Source of the DNA: an uncultured Chloroflexia bacterium
GTDB lineage: Bacteria > Chloroflexota > Chloroflexia > QHBQ01 > JADMIH01
Assembly: GCA_963797095.1 (NCBI GenBank)
Contig: CAWCNY010000006.1
Location: 256,001 to 320,000 of the forward strand
Direction of reading: 5' to 3'
Length of the DNA stretch: 64,000 bases
The notes below the pieces were generated by a model. It was not told the origin of the DNA and made no database searches. It worked only from the letters and a program-made list of their open reading frames with translations. The position numbers and the translations under genes are program-made. Position 1 is the first letter of the stretch. Each line of letters opens with the position of its first letter. This document shows positions 49,606 to 59,206 of the stretch, one piece after another.

Positions 49606-50721
49606 TTAGTCTTGTATTGTGATATTGAGTTGGGCAGCTACCTGCGTGATCTCACCTGTAATGGCTGTTGCCCTGTTTTGCGCCTCGGCCCCCAGTTGGC
49701 CGGCTTCTTCTGGGGTGAACTGCTTGCCGTCTTGCTCTTGCTTGTATACGCCCGCCACATAGTCTTTCAGGTTGCTCAATCCTTGCGTGATTTGAGTGTC
49801 GCTGTCGGCGTCAACCGTCCGCGCCATAGGGCTTAGCCCATTATAAATGACTTGCCAGCTTGAAACATTGTCCACTATGTCCGACAGGCGCGATATGGCT
49901 CCGAAATCGCGCTCCGTGGCGCTGTTCCCCATCACGAAGCGTGAGTTCTTCCACGATTCGAAGAAATCGCTCACGGTTGGCACGTTGCCTGCCAGCGCGC
50001 CAAAAGCCTCGGCTACCGTGGGCTGCCATGCCTGCGCGGTGGTCTGCAACTCGCCCGTATAGCTATCGAGTGCATCAACGCCTGCCTTCAACACATTCGC
50101 GTCCGGTAGCGCATCGCCGAAATCCTGCTTGCCGTTGCCGTCGAAGTCGGGTTGCACTCCCTGGGCCGTATAGTCGGGGAAGGTGCCGAACAGCGTGCTT
50201 TCAGTCACCCCGAACAGGTTGCCGGGCTTGGGCAACGTGCGCCCATCGGGAAGTTTCAGGTCGAACGGCACTACATTATCCCCACCTTCCGCGCCCGATG
50301 CGCCCGCATCGAGGATCGTGTCATATTGGGAGAGGTCCGGTGTGCCTGCCACGATGCCTTCCACCTGCTCGTAGAGCGGGCTGGCTTGCTTCCAGGTGGT
50401 TCGGGCATCACTCACAGCCTTCGTCACTTCGTCCTTGTGGTCGGCCCACATTTTCGCGTAATCAAAGCCTGCGTTCTTTGCGAGTTCATAGTATTGGCTA
50501 GATGGCACCAGCAGTGCTTCTGTGCTTTTCTTGAGAGAGTCTAATTTGCTCAGCAGATAGTTCTTGATACCTGCTAGGTCCGCTTCGCCGGTCTGTGGTT
50601 GGGATATCTCGGTAGGAGCACCGGTTTGGGTAGGTTGGACAGCGGCGCTATCGCAAGCCGATAGCAAAAGAGAGATGGTGATCAGGCCGGGTGCCAGTAA
50701 TCGTTTCTCGACTCGTATCAT
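49606..50721 (-). CDS. Imelysin/EfeO-like iron-uptake lipoprotein
   Basis: Lipobox LSAC, YEQVEG, SRLSDIVDN; operonic with the FTR1 gene. Confidence 0.75.
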   Translation of the reverse strand: MIRVEKRLLAPGLITISLLLSACDSAAVQPTQTGAPTEISQPQTGEADLAGIKNYLLSKLDSLKKSTEALLVPSSQYYELAKNAGFDYAKMWADHKDEVTKAVSDARTTWKQASPLYEQVEGIVAGTPDLSQYDTILDAGASGAEGGDNVVPFDLKLPDGRTLPKPGNLFGVTESTLFGTFPDYTAQGVQPDFDGNGKQDFGDALPDANVLKAGVDALDSYTGELQTTAQAWQPTVAEAFGALAGNVPTVSDFFESWKNSRFVMGNSATERDFGAISRLSDIVDNVSSWQVIYNGLSPMARTVDADSDTQITQGLSNLKDYVAGVYKQEQDGKQFTPEEAGQLGAEAQNRATAITGEITQVAAQLNITIQD

Positions 50722-50843
50722 GGGAGCGGGATGTCACCTTTCGTAAGTGAATTAAGACAGCTTTATTTGCGGAATAAAGATAACTTAACATCCGGCGCCT
50801 GTCAAGGGGTTTCTACAGTTTTAATTGTAAAAAGTGGGTTAAT

Positions 50844-53483
50844 CTATCGGAGCAACTCAAATACCGCCTGGGTATCCGGCTCAAAGTACTGAAGAAGGTC
50901 CGGTTGAGCGTCCAAAACTGCCGGGTCAACGTCCCAAATACGGCTCTCTTCTATGCTTTGCATGTATCTGAGGCGCGGCAGCGTCCGTAAATAGTCGAGT
51001 GTACCGGGCCAATCGGCTCCGTAGGCGTTGGCGCTCACCACCACGTAGCGCACGCCCCAATCGCGCAACACATTGAGAGCCTGATCATCGGGGAAGTTCT
51101 GGAGGGCGGGGCGGAGGTCGCGCCAGGGCTGCGGCTCGAATGTGTCGTAACCGTAGGCAATGGGCTTACCCTCTCCATAGTAGGTCTCTTGAAACAGCAG
51201 CGGCCCCGACTGCGACGCCGATAGCGGCATCTCCATCACCAACCCCGGCTCAGGCTGCGCGGCCAGGAAGCGGGCGGTCTCGGTAGGCTCAACCCGGCTT
51301 GTGCCCCACGAATAGGGCGATGTCCACAGGTCGATCAACAGGAGCAGAAGGGCGAGAAAAGTAAGCCGGTTGGAGTTGATGCGCAGCCCGCCGATCTTCA
51401 CTCTGGCCTGCATGATGTAGGCCCAACCCATCCCCATGATCACCGCCAAAGCAAGCGCCCCCAGCACCCCAAACCGGGCGTAGGCACGCATCGACGAATA
51501 GAAGGGGAGCCAATCGAACAACAGTTGGCCGGGCAGCGGCAAAGGCCCGAACGAGAACTGTACCTGTCCCTCCAGGCCGTGCAGCGTCAGGCCGAGCGAC
51601 AGAATCGCGGTTACAATCAGCAGCGTTAGCCATGCCGAAGAAGCGCGATTGGCAGGCAGCCTGGCCCGCCGCCGCGTAGTCCACCCGGCCAGCACGATAG
51701 CCACCGCTACCACGCCAACATACAGGTTGGTCTCGATGATGTTCTCCTGTGCGTGCGCGCGCATGAACGGCTCGCCCCATACAGGTTGCAACTCGTTCGG
51801 TATCAGGTAATCGAGTGGCGATGCCGAGTGTTCGTCGGCGGCCTTCGCGCTATGCGTCAACTCGCCCTGCGCCCACAATCGCAGGCTGGGAATGGCGGCC
51901 ACCCCGCCCAGCACCAGAAAGACTACGGCAGCGGCAAGCAGGGGACGGACCAAGGACGAAGGACGAAGGACGGGTGACGATTGAGGGCTGTCACCTGTGT
52001 GCTCCCCGTCATCAACTGTCGTATTTCCTTCGTCCTCCGTCATTCGTCTTTGCTGCACCACCCTCACTACCGCGTAGAGTGCCAGCCCAAGCCCCACCAT
52101 GTAGGCGTAATACCACGCAGATAGCGCGGTGAGCGACACCATGAGGCCCAGCAGCGCGCCGTCCTTTACCGAGCGCGTCTTTAAGGTGCGTTCAAGAAAG
52201 TAGAACGAGAGCGCGATCCATCCTGTTCCCACAAGCTGGATGTGCCCGGCGATCTGCGCCATCCGGTAGGGGCAGAAGGCGAACGCTACCCCCGCCAGCA
52301 GCGCCGCGCCCCTGTTGCCCGTAAGCTCACGCACCAGCAGATACGCCCCCATGCCTGAGATCACAAACGACAGGAGCAGCAGCAGGTTGTAAGACACCAC
52401 ATCGTTGGTGAGCGTGCCGATCACCACACCGGGCAGGGTGTTCACCAGGGTCGGCTCGCCCTGCGCCAGGTCGAATCCATACGGTGCGTAGCTGTTGGGG
52501 TCGAACAGGGGCCACTGCCCGCGTTCTACAAGCGCCGTGCGGAACCACCACATCTTATAGAGGAACGCGAAATTGTCGGCGGGCCACCCCGGCATCGAGG
52601 TGCCAAGCCGAGTCGCCAGCGGCCAGGTGAAGGCCACCGCCAGCAGCGCCATCAAGAGAGCAACCGCCCCCAACTCTCTCCACTTTGGTGTACCGGGTGC
52701 GCCTGTATCCGCCTCAGGCTTCCGGCTTCTCAAAATGCGCAAAGCATAGTAGACAAAAAGCGCACCTGCCATCAACCCGGCCACCCATGCCATGACGGGC
52801 AACGCTGTGGTGGAGGGCAGCAGAAGAGAGGCCAGCGTGGGCAGCATTGCCGCGCCCACTCCCGCCACGATCCCGTAATAAAGAGAGCGCCGGGTGCCAA
52901 GCACAGTGGCACATACGGGTATGAGTATAGCTGCCAGCAGCCACAGGTATGGCGGCACTCGCAACCCCGCTCTCCCCGCGCGAGGGGCCGTAGCGATCGC
53001 TGAAACGGCCATCCCCAGCTTGCGCCTATCGTCAGGGCCTGGATAGAAGGTCTCGCTGTCGATTATCAGGCGGACATCAGGGCCGAGGCCCGGACCTACC
53101 GTAGTTGTGTAGGTGTTCCAACCGGGCTGTGCATCGTAGCTGCCCAGGTCCTGGGAGCCTATTGACAGGCGAAAGTGAGCGGGCGGGCTTTCGGCGGGGC
53201 GTGCGGGGTTGAGCGTAATGCTGATTACCTGGTTGGTTGCCAGCGCGGGCAGCGACACCGCCGAGGCCGTTCTGCTCCACCTGAACCCCACATCGCCCGA
53301 TTGTTCAGGCGGGTAGAAGTGCGCCGCCGAAAGGGCAGCATCGCCCAGGTCGAGGGTAACCGCCTTCGGGGGGGCCACCGCCCAGCGCACCATCAGGAGC
53401 GCTATCGCCACCGCGGCCAATCCAATCGACATGGCCGCAGTCAGCGTTCTTCGTGTCAGGTCAGGATTTCTAGGTGAGGACAT
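50844..53483 (-). CDS. Large multi-pass membrane protein, GT-C/YfhO-like glycosyltransferase
   Basis: TWPL, FAFCPYR...GH, MRAYARF, LRDWGVRYVVV; N-terminal FRWS...D.RKLG beta module. Confidence 0.7.
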   Translation of the reverse strand: MSSPRNPDLTRRTLTAAMSIGLAAVAIALLMVRWAVAPPKAVTLDLGDAALSAAHFYPPEQSGDVGFRWSRTASAVSLPALATNQVISITLNPARPAESPPAHFRLSIGSQDLGSYDAQPGWNTYTTTVGPGLGPDVRLIIDSETFYPGPDDRRKLGMAVSAIATAPRAGRAGLRVPPYLWLLAAILIPVCATVLGTRRSLYYGIVAGVGAAMLPTLASLLLPSTTALPVMAWVAGLMAGALFVYYALRILRSRKPEADTGAPGTPKWRELGAVALLMALLAVAFTWPLATRLGTSMPGWPADNFAFLYKMWWFRTALVERGQWPLFDPNSYAPYGFDLAQGEPTLVNTLPGVVIGTLTNDVVSYNLLLLLSFVISGMGAYLLVRELTGNRGAALLAGVAFAFCPYRMAQIAGHIQLVGTGWIALSFYFLERTLKTRSVKDGALLGLMVSLTALSAWYYAYMVGLGLALYAVVRVVQQRRMTEDEGNTTVDDGEHTGDSPQSSPVLRPSSLVRPLLAAAVVFLVLGGVAAIPSLRLWAQGELTHSAKAADEHSASPLDYLIPNELQPVWGEPFMRAHAQENIIETNLYVGVVAVAIVLAGWTTRRRARLPANRASSAWLTLLIVTAILSLGLTLHGLEGQVQFSFGPLPLPGQLLFDWLPFYSSMRAYARFGVLGALALAVIMGMGWAYIMQARVKIGGLRINSNRLTFLALLLLLIDLWTSPYSWGTSRVEPTETARFLAAQPEPGLVMEMPLSASQSGPLLFQETYYGEGKPIAYGYDTFEPQPWRDLRPALQNFPDDQALNVLRDWGVRYVVVSANAYGADWPGTLDYLRTLPRLRYMQSIEESRIWDVDPAVLDAQPDLLQYFEPDTQAVFELLR

Positions 53484-53597
53484 ACGGCAATCCGGCTGGC
53501 CGCTTCTGCTTAGGCGAGGCGGTCAGCCGGATTGTCATTATACAATGATCTTAGTTGTGCTGTACACCTTTTTGCTCACTTCTCATTTCATGATCCA

Positions 53598-53650
53598 AAT
53601 AATAAAGAGGGAAATGGGCATCTGCAATGCCCATTTCCCTCTTTATTATT
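53598..53650. terminator. 24-bp-stem hairpin terminator
   Basis: aataataaagagggaaatgggcat-ctgca-atgcccatttccctctttattatt. Confidence 0.8.
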
Positions 53651-53660
53651 CTCTTAGATT

Positions 53661-54227
53661 CTAGCGAGGAGTGCGGTTGCCGTTATGGCGTATGCTACCG
53701 TCGTCTTCGTCATCCTCTACGAACTCTTCTGCTTCCTCATCTTCTTCGTATTCCTCTTCGTCTTCGTCCTCTCCGCCGTTTTCGTACTCCGCTTCCTCTT
53801 CCTCTTCCATGTCCTCTTCGAATTCCTCGTAGTCTTCGCTCATCGCCTCGATGAAATCATCTACGATAGCGGCGACTTCGTCTGGATTGCCCGCAAGCTC
53901 GTGTACATCGTCCTCGGTGCCGATATCGACGCGCAGCTCGTGCTCTTCGCCTTCTGCGCGCCACATCGTGACGGCGTACATCCCTTCTTCATCTGATACA
54001 CCCGCGTAGAACCAATCATTCTGGGCGAGGTCATCGGCGTCGAGGTAAGCGTCACGGTCGGACCCCTTCAGGCCTGCCGACAGGTTGACGACCACCTCTT
54101 GTAAGGCGTCTATCAACTCCTCACGAGTGACTTCGTAATCCTCGAACTCCTCATCTTCCTCATCCATAGGCTCCAAGTTCTCATCGACCTCTTCTTCCAT
54201 CTCTTCCTGGGGCTTCTGGCTGTCCAT
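53661..54227 (-). CDS. Highly acidic hypothetical protein (79/188 Asp+Glu)
   Basis: AGGAGG RBS, 17 bp downstream of xerD. Confidence 0.8.
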   Translation of the reverse strand: MDSQKPQEEMEEEVDENLEPMDEEDEEFEDYEVTREELIDALQEVVVNLSAGLKGSDRDAYLDADDLAQNDWFYAGVSDEEGMYAVTMWRAEGEEHELRVDIGTEDDVHELAGNPDEVAAIVDDFIEAMSEDYEEFEEDMEEEEEAEYENGGEDEDEEEYEEDEEAEEFVEDDEDDGSIRHNGNRTPR

Positions 54228-54244
54228 CCGGCGTCCTCCTTGTG

Positions 54245-55171
54245 TTATTTCCCTTTCTTCTCGGCCTGCTGGCCGATCCTGGCGTACACCTGCGTAGTGG
54301 AAATATTAGCGTGTCCAAGTATTTGTTGCAAGTCGCGCATGTCGGTGCCGCCTTTGAGTTTCTGAGCCGCGAACGAATGGCGCAGAGTGTGAGGAGATAT
54401 TTCGTCGAGGCCGGCAGACTTCGCGTAGCGCTTTAGTATGAGCCAGAAACCCTGTCTCGTCAACCTCTGGCCCCTGTGGTTCAGGAAGAGCGCCCTGCTG
54501 TCGTCGTCGCGGGCAAGCGTTCTGCCCCTGGCGCGTGCGAGCAGCGCCCTACCACGCCCCATATAATCGCGCAGGGCTTGCAGGCTGTCGGGCGATGCAA
54601 TGGGGATGCGGCGCATCTTGCCTCGTCCCCGCGTGGCAACCGTGCCCGTGTCCAGGTCTATGTCACCCAGGTCGAGGGCCACCGTCTCACCCACCCGCAG
54701 CCCCGTGGCATACAAAAGCTGCATCATGGCCCGGTCTCGCAGCGTTTCGGGAGTGTCGGGAGCGATATACATCTCGCGCAAAAGCCGCCCAACTTCGCTC
54801 GCATCAATCGTGTGCGGCAGGGCGCGGTCCACATGCGGCGCTGCAAGGTCCTTAACCGGGTTGTTGCTCACAACCCCTTTGGTGATGAGGTACTTGAAGA
54901 ACGACTTGATCGCCGCCTGCTTGCGGGCCACGGTGGTAGTGGCGTACTGGCGCTCGCGCAGGTGCAGCAGGAAGTGTAGGATGTGCTCGCGGGTGATACG
55001 GTTCCAGGCCGAGGGGGCTTGGAGCGGCGGTCGCAGCTGGCCTTTCTCCTCACTCAAATAATCCGCGAATTGCGTCAGGTCGTTGCGGTAGGCCGCGAGG
55101 GTATTGCCGGAAAAGCCTCTTTGGGCTTCCAGTGCAGCGAGAAACTGATCAATAGGCCCTGAATCGAGCAT
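54245..55171 (-). CDS. xerD: XerD-like site-specific tyrosine recombinase
   Basis: NTLAAYRNDL, TVARK, LYATGLRV, LTRQGFW, SPHTLRHSFA, LGHANISTTQVY. Confidence 0.88.
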   Translation of the reverse strand: MLDSGPIDQFLAALEAQRGFSGNTLAAYRNDLTQFADYLSEEKGQLRPPLQAPSAWNRITREHILHFLLHLRERQYATTTVARKQAAIKSFFKYLITKGVVSNNPVKDLAAPHVDRALPHTIDASEVGRLLREMYIAPDTPETLRDRAMMQLLYATGLRVGETVALDLGDIDLDTGTVATRGRGKMRRIPIASPDSLQALRDYMGRGRALLARARGRTLARDDDSRALFLNHRGQRLTRQGFWLILKRYAKSAGLDEISPHTLRHSFAAQKLKGGTDMRDLQQILGHANISTTQVYARIGQQAEKKGK

Positions 55172-55352
55172 CGAGTTTCCCTCTAGCAGTTACCGCCAAC
55201 CGGTACCGCCAACCGTCATCTTCGCATTCAGAAGCGGTCTCTCACAATAGCGGTGTAGTAGAGCGCAGGGCGAGAGTTGTACAATTCTAGCAGAGCAGTT
55301 GGCTTATGTCAACTGCTAATCTGGGTGATTAAGGAGTAGTGTACACTCTTTG

Positions 55353-56297
55353 CTATCTACTGCCTTCAGATCCTGGGATCCTGACCCCCGGCCCGCCCAG
55401 TGCATTATCGAAAAAGTGGAAAACTCTCTCGGCATACTCATCCTCGCTGGCTGAGAAAGACGACACGTGCCCCACCGAAGGCACGATCCAGAGTTGCAGG
55501 TTGGGGTCGTCTGCCCCCGCCTCTGCAAGCTCCTGAGCCTGCTCCACCGGGATCATATTGTCGCCGTTGGCGTGGATCAGCAGCACCGGACGGTTTCCCA
55601 ACCTGCCAGTCGCCCGCCGAGGCTCGTTCGCCGATATGTCTGTGCCATACATCAATCTTGTTACCAACACGATACCGGGATCAAGGAACCCTGGCGCGCC
55701 GGTGCTCCCTCGTTCGATGTCCACCATAGACATCAAATTTGAGAAAGAAGAGTCGGCCACGATAGCCGCGATCTCAGGGTGATCGGGGGCGGAGTTGATA
55801 ATGGTGGCCGCGCCCATCGACCACCCGATTGCCCCTACCTCGTCTATTCCTCTCCCCTTCAGATAAGCCAGTGCCCCCGCCACGTCCCGCGTCTCCAAAT
55901 CGCCTATAGAGCCGGTGTCCCCACCCGACTCTCCATGCGCCCTGAAATCGAACATGCACAGGTCGTATCCATGCTCGTATAGCCTCCGGCCTACCTCCAT
56001 GTTGATGTAATTGTCCCTGGCGCTGCTCTCTCCATGCAACACAAGAATCGTGCGATCCCTCGGCGAATCGATAAACCACCCTTTAAGAAGTACGCCATCC
56101 GGTACGCTGGGGAAAGTCACACTTTCGTACTTCATCCCATACACTTCTGGTGTGGTGTGAAGCGGCATTCGGATCGGATGGGTGACCTTGTAAGCGGCGT
56201 AGGCTGACAGTCCGAAATAGGCAATCAGCGCGATGGCGAACAGCGTCACCCCTACCCGCGACAGCCGTTTTCTCCATCTGTGTGTAGGATCCTGCAT
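55353..56297 (-). CDS. Alpha/beta hydrolase with N-terminal anchor
   Basis: FDFRAHGESG, GWSMG nucleophile elbow, LLIH..D, GH. Confidence 0.9.
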   Translation of the reverse strand: MQDPTHRWRKRLSRVGVTLFAIALIAYFGLSAYAAYKVTHPIRMPLHTTPEVYGMKYESVTFPSVPDGVLLKGWFIDSPRDRTILVLHGESSARDNYINMEVGRRLYEHGYDLCMFDFRAHGESGGDTGSIGDLETRDVAGALAYLKGRGIDEVGAIGWSMGAATIINSAPDHPEIAAIVADSSFSNLMSMVDIERGSTGAPGFLDPGIVLVTRLMYGTDISANEPRRATGRLGNRPVLLIHANGDNMIPVEQAQELAEAGADDPNLQLWIVPSVGHVSSFSASEDEYAERVFHFFDNALGGPGVRIPGSEGSR

Positions 56298-56446
56298 CTA
56301 TGTTAGAGTAATTTCGTCGTGCTTTCCGAAAGGACATCCCCTTAATTGGAGACGTATCTATGATACAGGTTGAGCACCTCAATCGTGTACGCTGGTCTAC
56401 TGTTTGCTACGCTTCTCAATAAAGAAAGGTTACAGGAGGTTAGAAG

Positions 56447-57274
56447 ATGGCTGACAACGAGAGAGCATTCTCTTTCCTGAAGGTGAACAGGCGCGAAGGC
56501 AAGCCTCGCAAACGAGGCATAACCGAGATTCGCGGCCCCTATTACACCCCGATGGGCACACGCTACCTGCAAGACGTTCTAGAGACGATGGGAGAGTACG
56601 TCGACAACCTCAAGTTCGCGGGCGGCTCGTTCTCCCTCATGCCCCGGAAGCGTCTCATAGAGATTACCGACCTTTGCCACTCCCACAATGTGCGGGTTTC
56701 GACCGGGGGCTTCATCGAATACGTGTTGACCCAGGGTTACGATGCGGTGGACCGCTATCTTGAGGAATGCAAAGCGGTGGGCTTCGATATCGTGGAGGTG
56801 TCGAGCGGTTTCATCACTCTCCCTGCTGACAGCATCGTGCGCGTGGTCGAAAGGGTGCAAAAAGCGGGGCTAAAGGCCAAGCCCGAAGTAGGGGTACAGT
56901 TCGGGGCAGGCGGCGCGACCTCCGTCGAGGAACTGGAAGCCGAGGGCACACGTGACCCAGGCATAGCCATCAGCCTCGCCAAACGCTGCCTCGAAGTGGG
57001 TGCGGAGATCATTATGATCGAGTCTGAAGGGATCACCGAGAATGTCAAAACGTGGCGCACCGACATAGTGGCCCGCATCGCTGACGAGATCGGCCTGGAA
57101 AATGTGATGTTCGAGGCCGCCGACCCTGAGGTTTTCGCCTGGTACATCAAGAACTACGGCCCCCTGGTCAACCTCTTCGTAGACCACAGCCAGATCGTGC
57201 AACTCGAGTGCCTCCGCGCCGGAATCTGGGGTACCAAGAGCCTCTGGGGCAGGGTGCTTACCTACCAGCCGTGA
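56447..57274 (+). CDS. comA: Phosphosulfolactate synthase (ComA)/HSA32 family protein
   Basis: KPRKRGITEIRGPYY, KFAGGS, EVSSG, KPEVG, FEAA, VNLFVDHSQIVQLECLR.G.WG. Confidence 0.85.
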   Translation: MADNERAFSFLKVNRREGKPRKRGITEIRGPYYTPMGTRYLQDVLETMGEYVDNLKFAGGSFSLMPRKRLIEITDLCHSHNVRVSTGGFIEYVLTQGYDAVDRYLEECKAVGFDIVEVSSGFITLPADSIVRVVERVQKAGLKAKPEVGVQFGAGGATSVEELEAEGTRDPGIAISLAKRCLEVGAEIIMIESEGITENVKTWRTDIVARIADEIGLENVMFEAADPEVFAWYIKNYGPLVNLFVDHSQIVQLECLRAGIWGTKSLWGRVLTYQP

Positions 57275-57488
57275 CAAATAGCACCGCAATTTTCCAGGCA
57301 TGATGTTTGTCTCTGGTATACTCCGAAATCGGACGAAACTCGTTGTATGGTGAAATAGCCAGAATATGAAGGTCACGCTTGTGAGCATATTACCTGGTTC
57401 AAAATAAGCCAAAAATGGGGAGGGGTTGGGGTGGGGTCTTGGGTGCCACCTGCAACTGTGGTTTAGGCGATCACAACGAGTTTTGACG

Positions 57489-57535
57489 TTGACACGCCTG
57501 GCAGAAAGCGTTATAGTTACCCTAACAAGCGTTAG
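57489..57535 (+). promoter_or_regulatory. Sigma70 promoter with PaaR-type operator
   Basis: TTGACA(57489-94)-17 nt-TATAGT(57512-17); palindrome CTAAC-AAGC-GTTAG (57522-35) fits the PaaR consensus CNAACNNNCGTTNG. Confidence 0.8.
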
Positions 57536-57545
57536 TTTTCCTCCT

Positions 57546-58157
57546 ATGGCAATAGATCGCAAAGAGCAAATATACTCCACCGCACGCTCCCTCTTCCGCG
57601 AAAGGGGCTACCCAGCTACCACCGTGCGCGACATCGCGCGCGAGCTTAACATGCAGGCAGGCTCACTCTATGCCCACATCGAGTCGAAAGAGGACGTCCT
57701 GTGGGAGATAGTCAACCGAGCCGCCGAGCAATTCCTGGCAGCCGCCGAGCCTATCGCCGCCTCCGACCTCTCACCCGCCGACAAGCTGCGCGCCCTGGTG
57801 CGCGCCCACGTACGCCTGGTAGCCGACAACCTCGACGAGGCCACCATCTTCCTCAATGAGTGGAAGTTCCTGGGCGAAGCACGCCGCGCCTCAATTACCG
57901 AGCGGCGCAGGCGGTACGAGCACCTTTACAGGCAGGTAATAGAGCAAGGTATTCAGCAAGGCCAGTTTGCCCCCACTGACCCCAAAATGGCGACTCTCCT
58001 GGTCCTCTCTGCGGTCAACTGGATGCCCCAGTGGTACAATCCCTCCGGTCCCCTATCGCCGGACGAAATAGCCGACAGCTTCAGCAAACTGGTCCTATCA
58101 GGAATAGCCTGTGACGATGAAAGACGAAAGACGAAGGCAATACGCAGTACGAAGTAA
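57546..58157 (+). CDS. paaR: TetR family regulator, PaaR/KstR2-like
   Basis: LFRERGY..TTVRDIA...GSLYAHIESKE, NW..QWY.P.G; upstream of paaA. Confidence 0.85.
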   Translation: MAIDRKEQIYSTARSLFRERGYPATTVRDIARELNMQAGSLYAHIESKEDVLWEIVNRAAEQFLAAAEPIAASDLSPADKLRALVRAHVRLVADNLDEATIFLNEWKFLGEARRASITERRRRYEHLYRQVIEQGIQQGQFAPTDPKMATLLVLSAVNWMPQWYNPSGPLSPDEIADSFSKLVLSGIACDDERRKTKAIRSTK

Positions 58158-58184
58158 GCAGTATGCAGTAGTTAAGGAGGCACA

Positions 58185-59099
58185 ATGGACGATCCAACCC
58201 GTGTAGCAGAATTTACCGAATACGTTCAAAAAGGTGGCAAGGTCGAGGCCAACGACTGGATGCCTGAGGAATACCGCGCCCTGGTGCTCAAGTTCGTGGA
58301 GATGCACGCCAACTCCGAACTGATGGGTGTCCTTCCCGAGCGCGAGTGGATCAACAAGGCCCCCACGCTCAAGCGCAAGCTGGCCCTCACCGCCAAGATA
58401 CAGGACGAGGCCGGGCACGCCCAGCTTCTCTACCGCGTCGCCGAAGACCTCGGCAAGTCACGCGACGAGATGCTTCTCGACCTGCTGGCAGGCAAGACCA
58501 AGTTTCACAACGTCTTCCACTACCCCACCTTCAACTGGGGCGACGTGGCCGTGATCGCCTGGTTGGTCGATGCCGCTGCCATCCAATCGCAGAAGGCCCT
58601 CCTCGATTGTTCGTATGCGCCCTATGCCCGCACCATGCAGAAGATCTGCTGGGAGGAAAGCTTCCATATCAAGCACGGCTACGACATGATCATAACCATG
58701 ATGAACGGCTCGCAGGTGCAGAAGGATATGGTGCAAGATGCCCTCAACAGGTGGTGGTCGCCCCTGGTCATGTTCCACGGCCCACCCACCGACCCGGCCA
58801 AGGACCGCGACCTCTATTATCGCGTGAAGGCCAAGCCCAACTTCCTTCTCAGGCAGGAGTTCTTCTCCAAGTACATCCCCAAGATCCTCGAACTGGGCCT
58901 CACCATCCCCGATCCCGACCTCCACTTCGACACCGAAAAGAACGAGTGGATCTACACCCAGCCCGACTGGAACGAACTCAAGATGGTGGTCACGGGCCAC
59001 GGCCCCAAGAGCCAGGACCGTCTCGACCTGCGCCGCCTGAACTACGCCGACACCCAATGGGTGCGTGACATGGTCCTCGCAGAGCAAGTAGCCGCGTAG
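58185..59099 (+). CDS. paaA: Phenylacetyl-CoA epoxidase subunit A
   Basis: DWMPEEYR, HANSE, APTL.RK, AKIQDEAGH, ICWEESFH. Confidence 0.95.
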   Translation: MDDPTRVAEFTEYVQKGGKVEANDWMPEEYRALVLKFVEMHANSELMGVLPEREWINKAPTLKRKLALTAKIQDEAGHAQLLYRVAEDLGKSRDEMLLDLLAGKTKFHNVFHYPTFNWGDVAVIAWLVDAAAIQSQKALLDCSYAPYARTMQKICWEESFHIKHGYDMIITMMNGSQVQKDMVQDALNRWWSPLVMFHGPPTDPAKDRDLYYRVKAKPNFLLRQEFFSKYIPKILELGLTIPDPDLHFDTEKNEWIYTQPDWNELKMVVTGHGPKSQDRLDLRRLNYADTQWVRDMVLAEQVAA

Positions 59100-59206
59100 A
59101 ATGTGCCACGCCGCGAACCTCACTCCTATTACAACGGTATAGATTAACAGCACGCTGTTTCAAATCCCCCGGCGTGATTGATACAGAACGCTCGGAGGAT
59201 ATTTAG

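Noticed and set aside
54245-55171. Prophage or island integrase
   Set aside because: XerD-type motifs and size; no att site, tRNA or phage genes nearby.
57311-57345. Hammerhead ribozyme suggested by tccgaaatcggacgaaac
   Set aside because: The upstream core reads ctggtatac rather than CUGANGA, and stems I/III are not evident.
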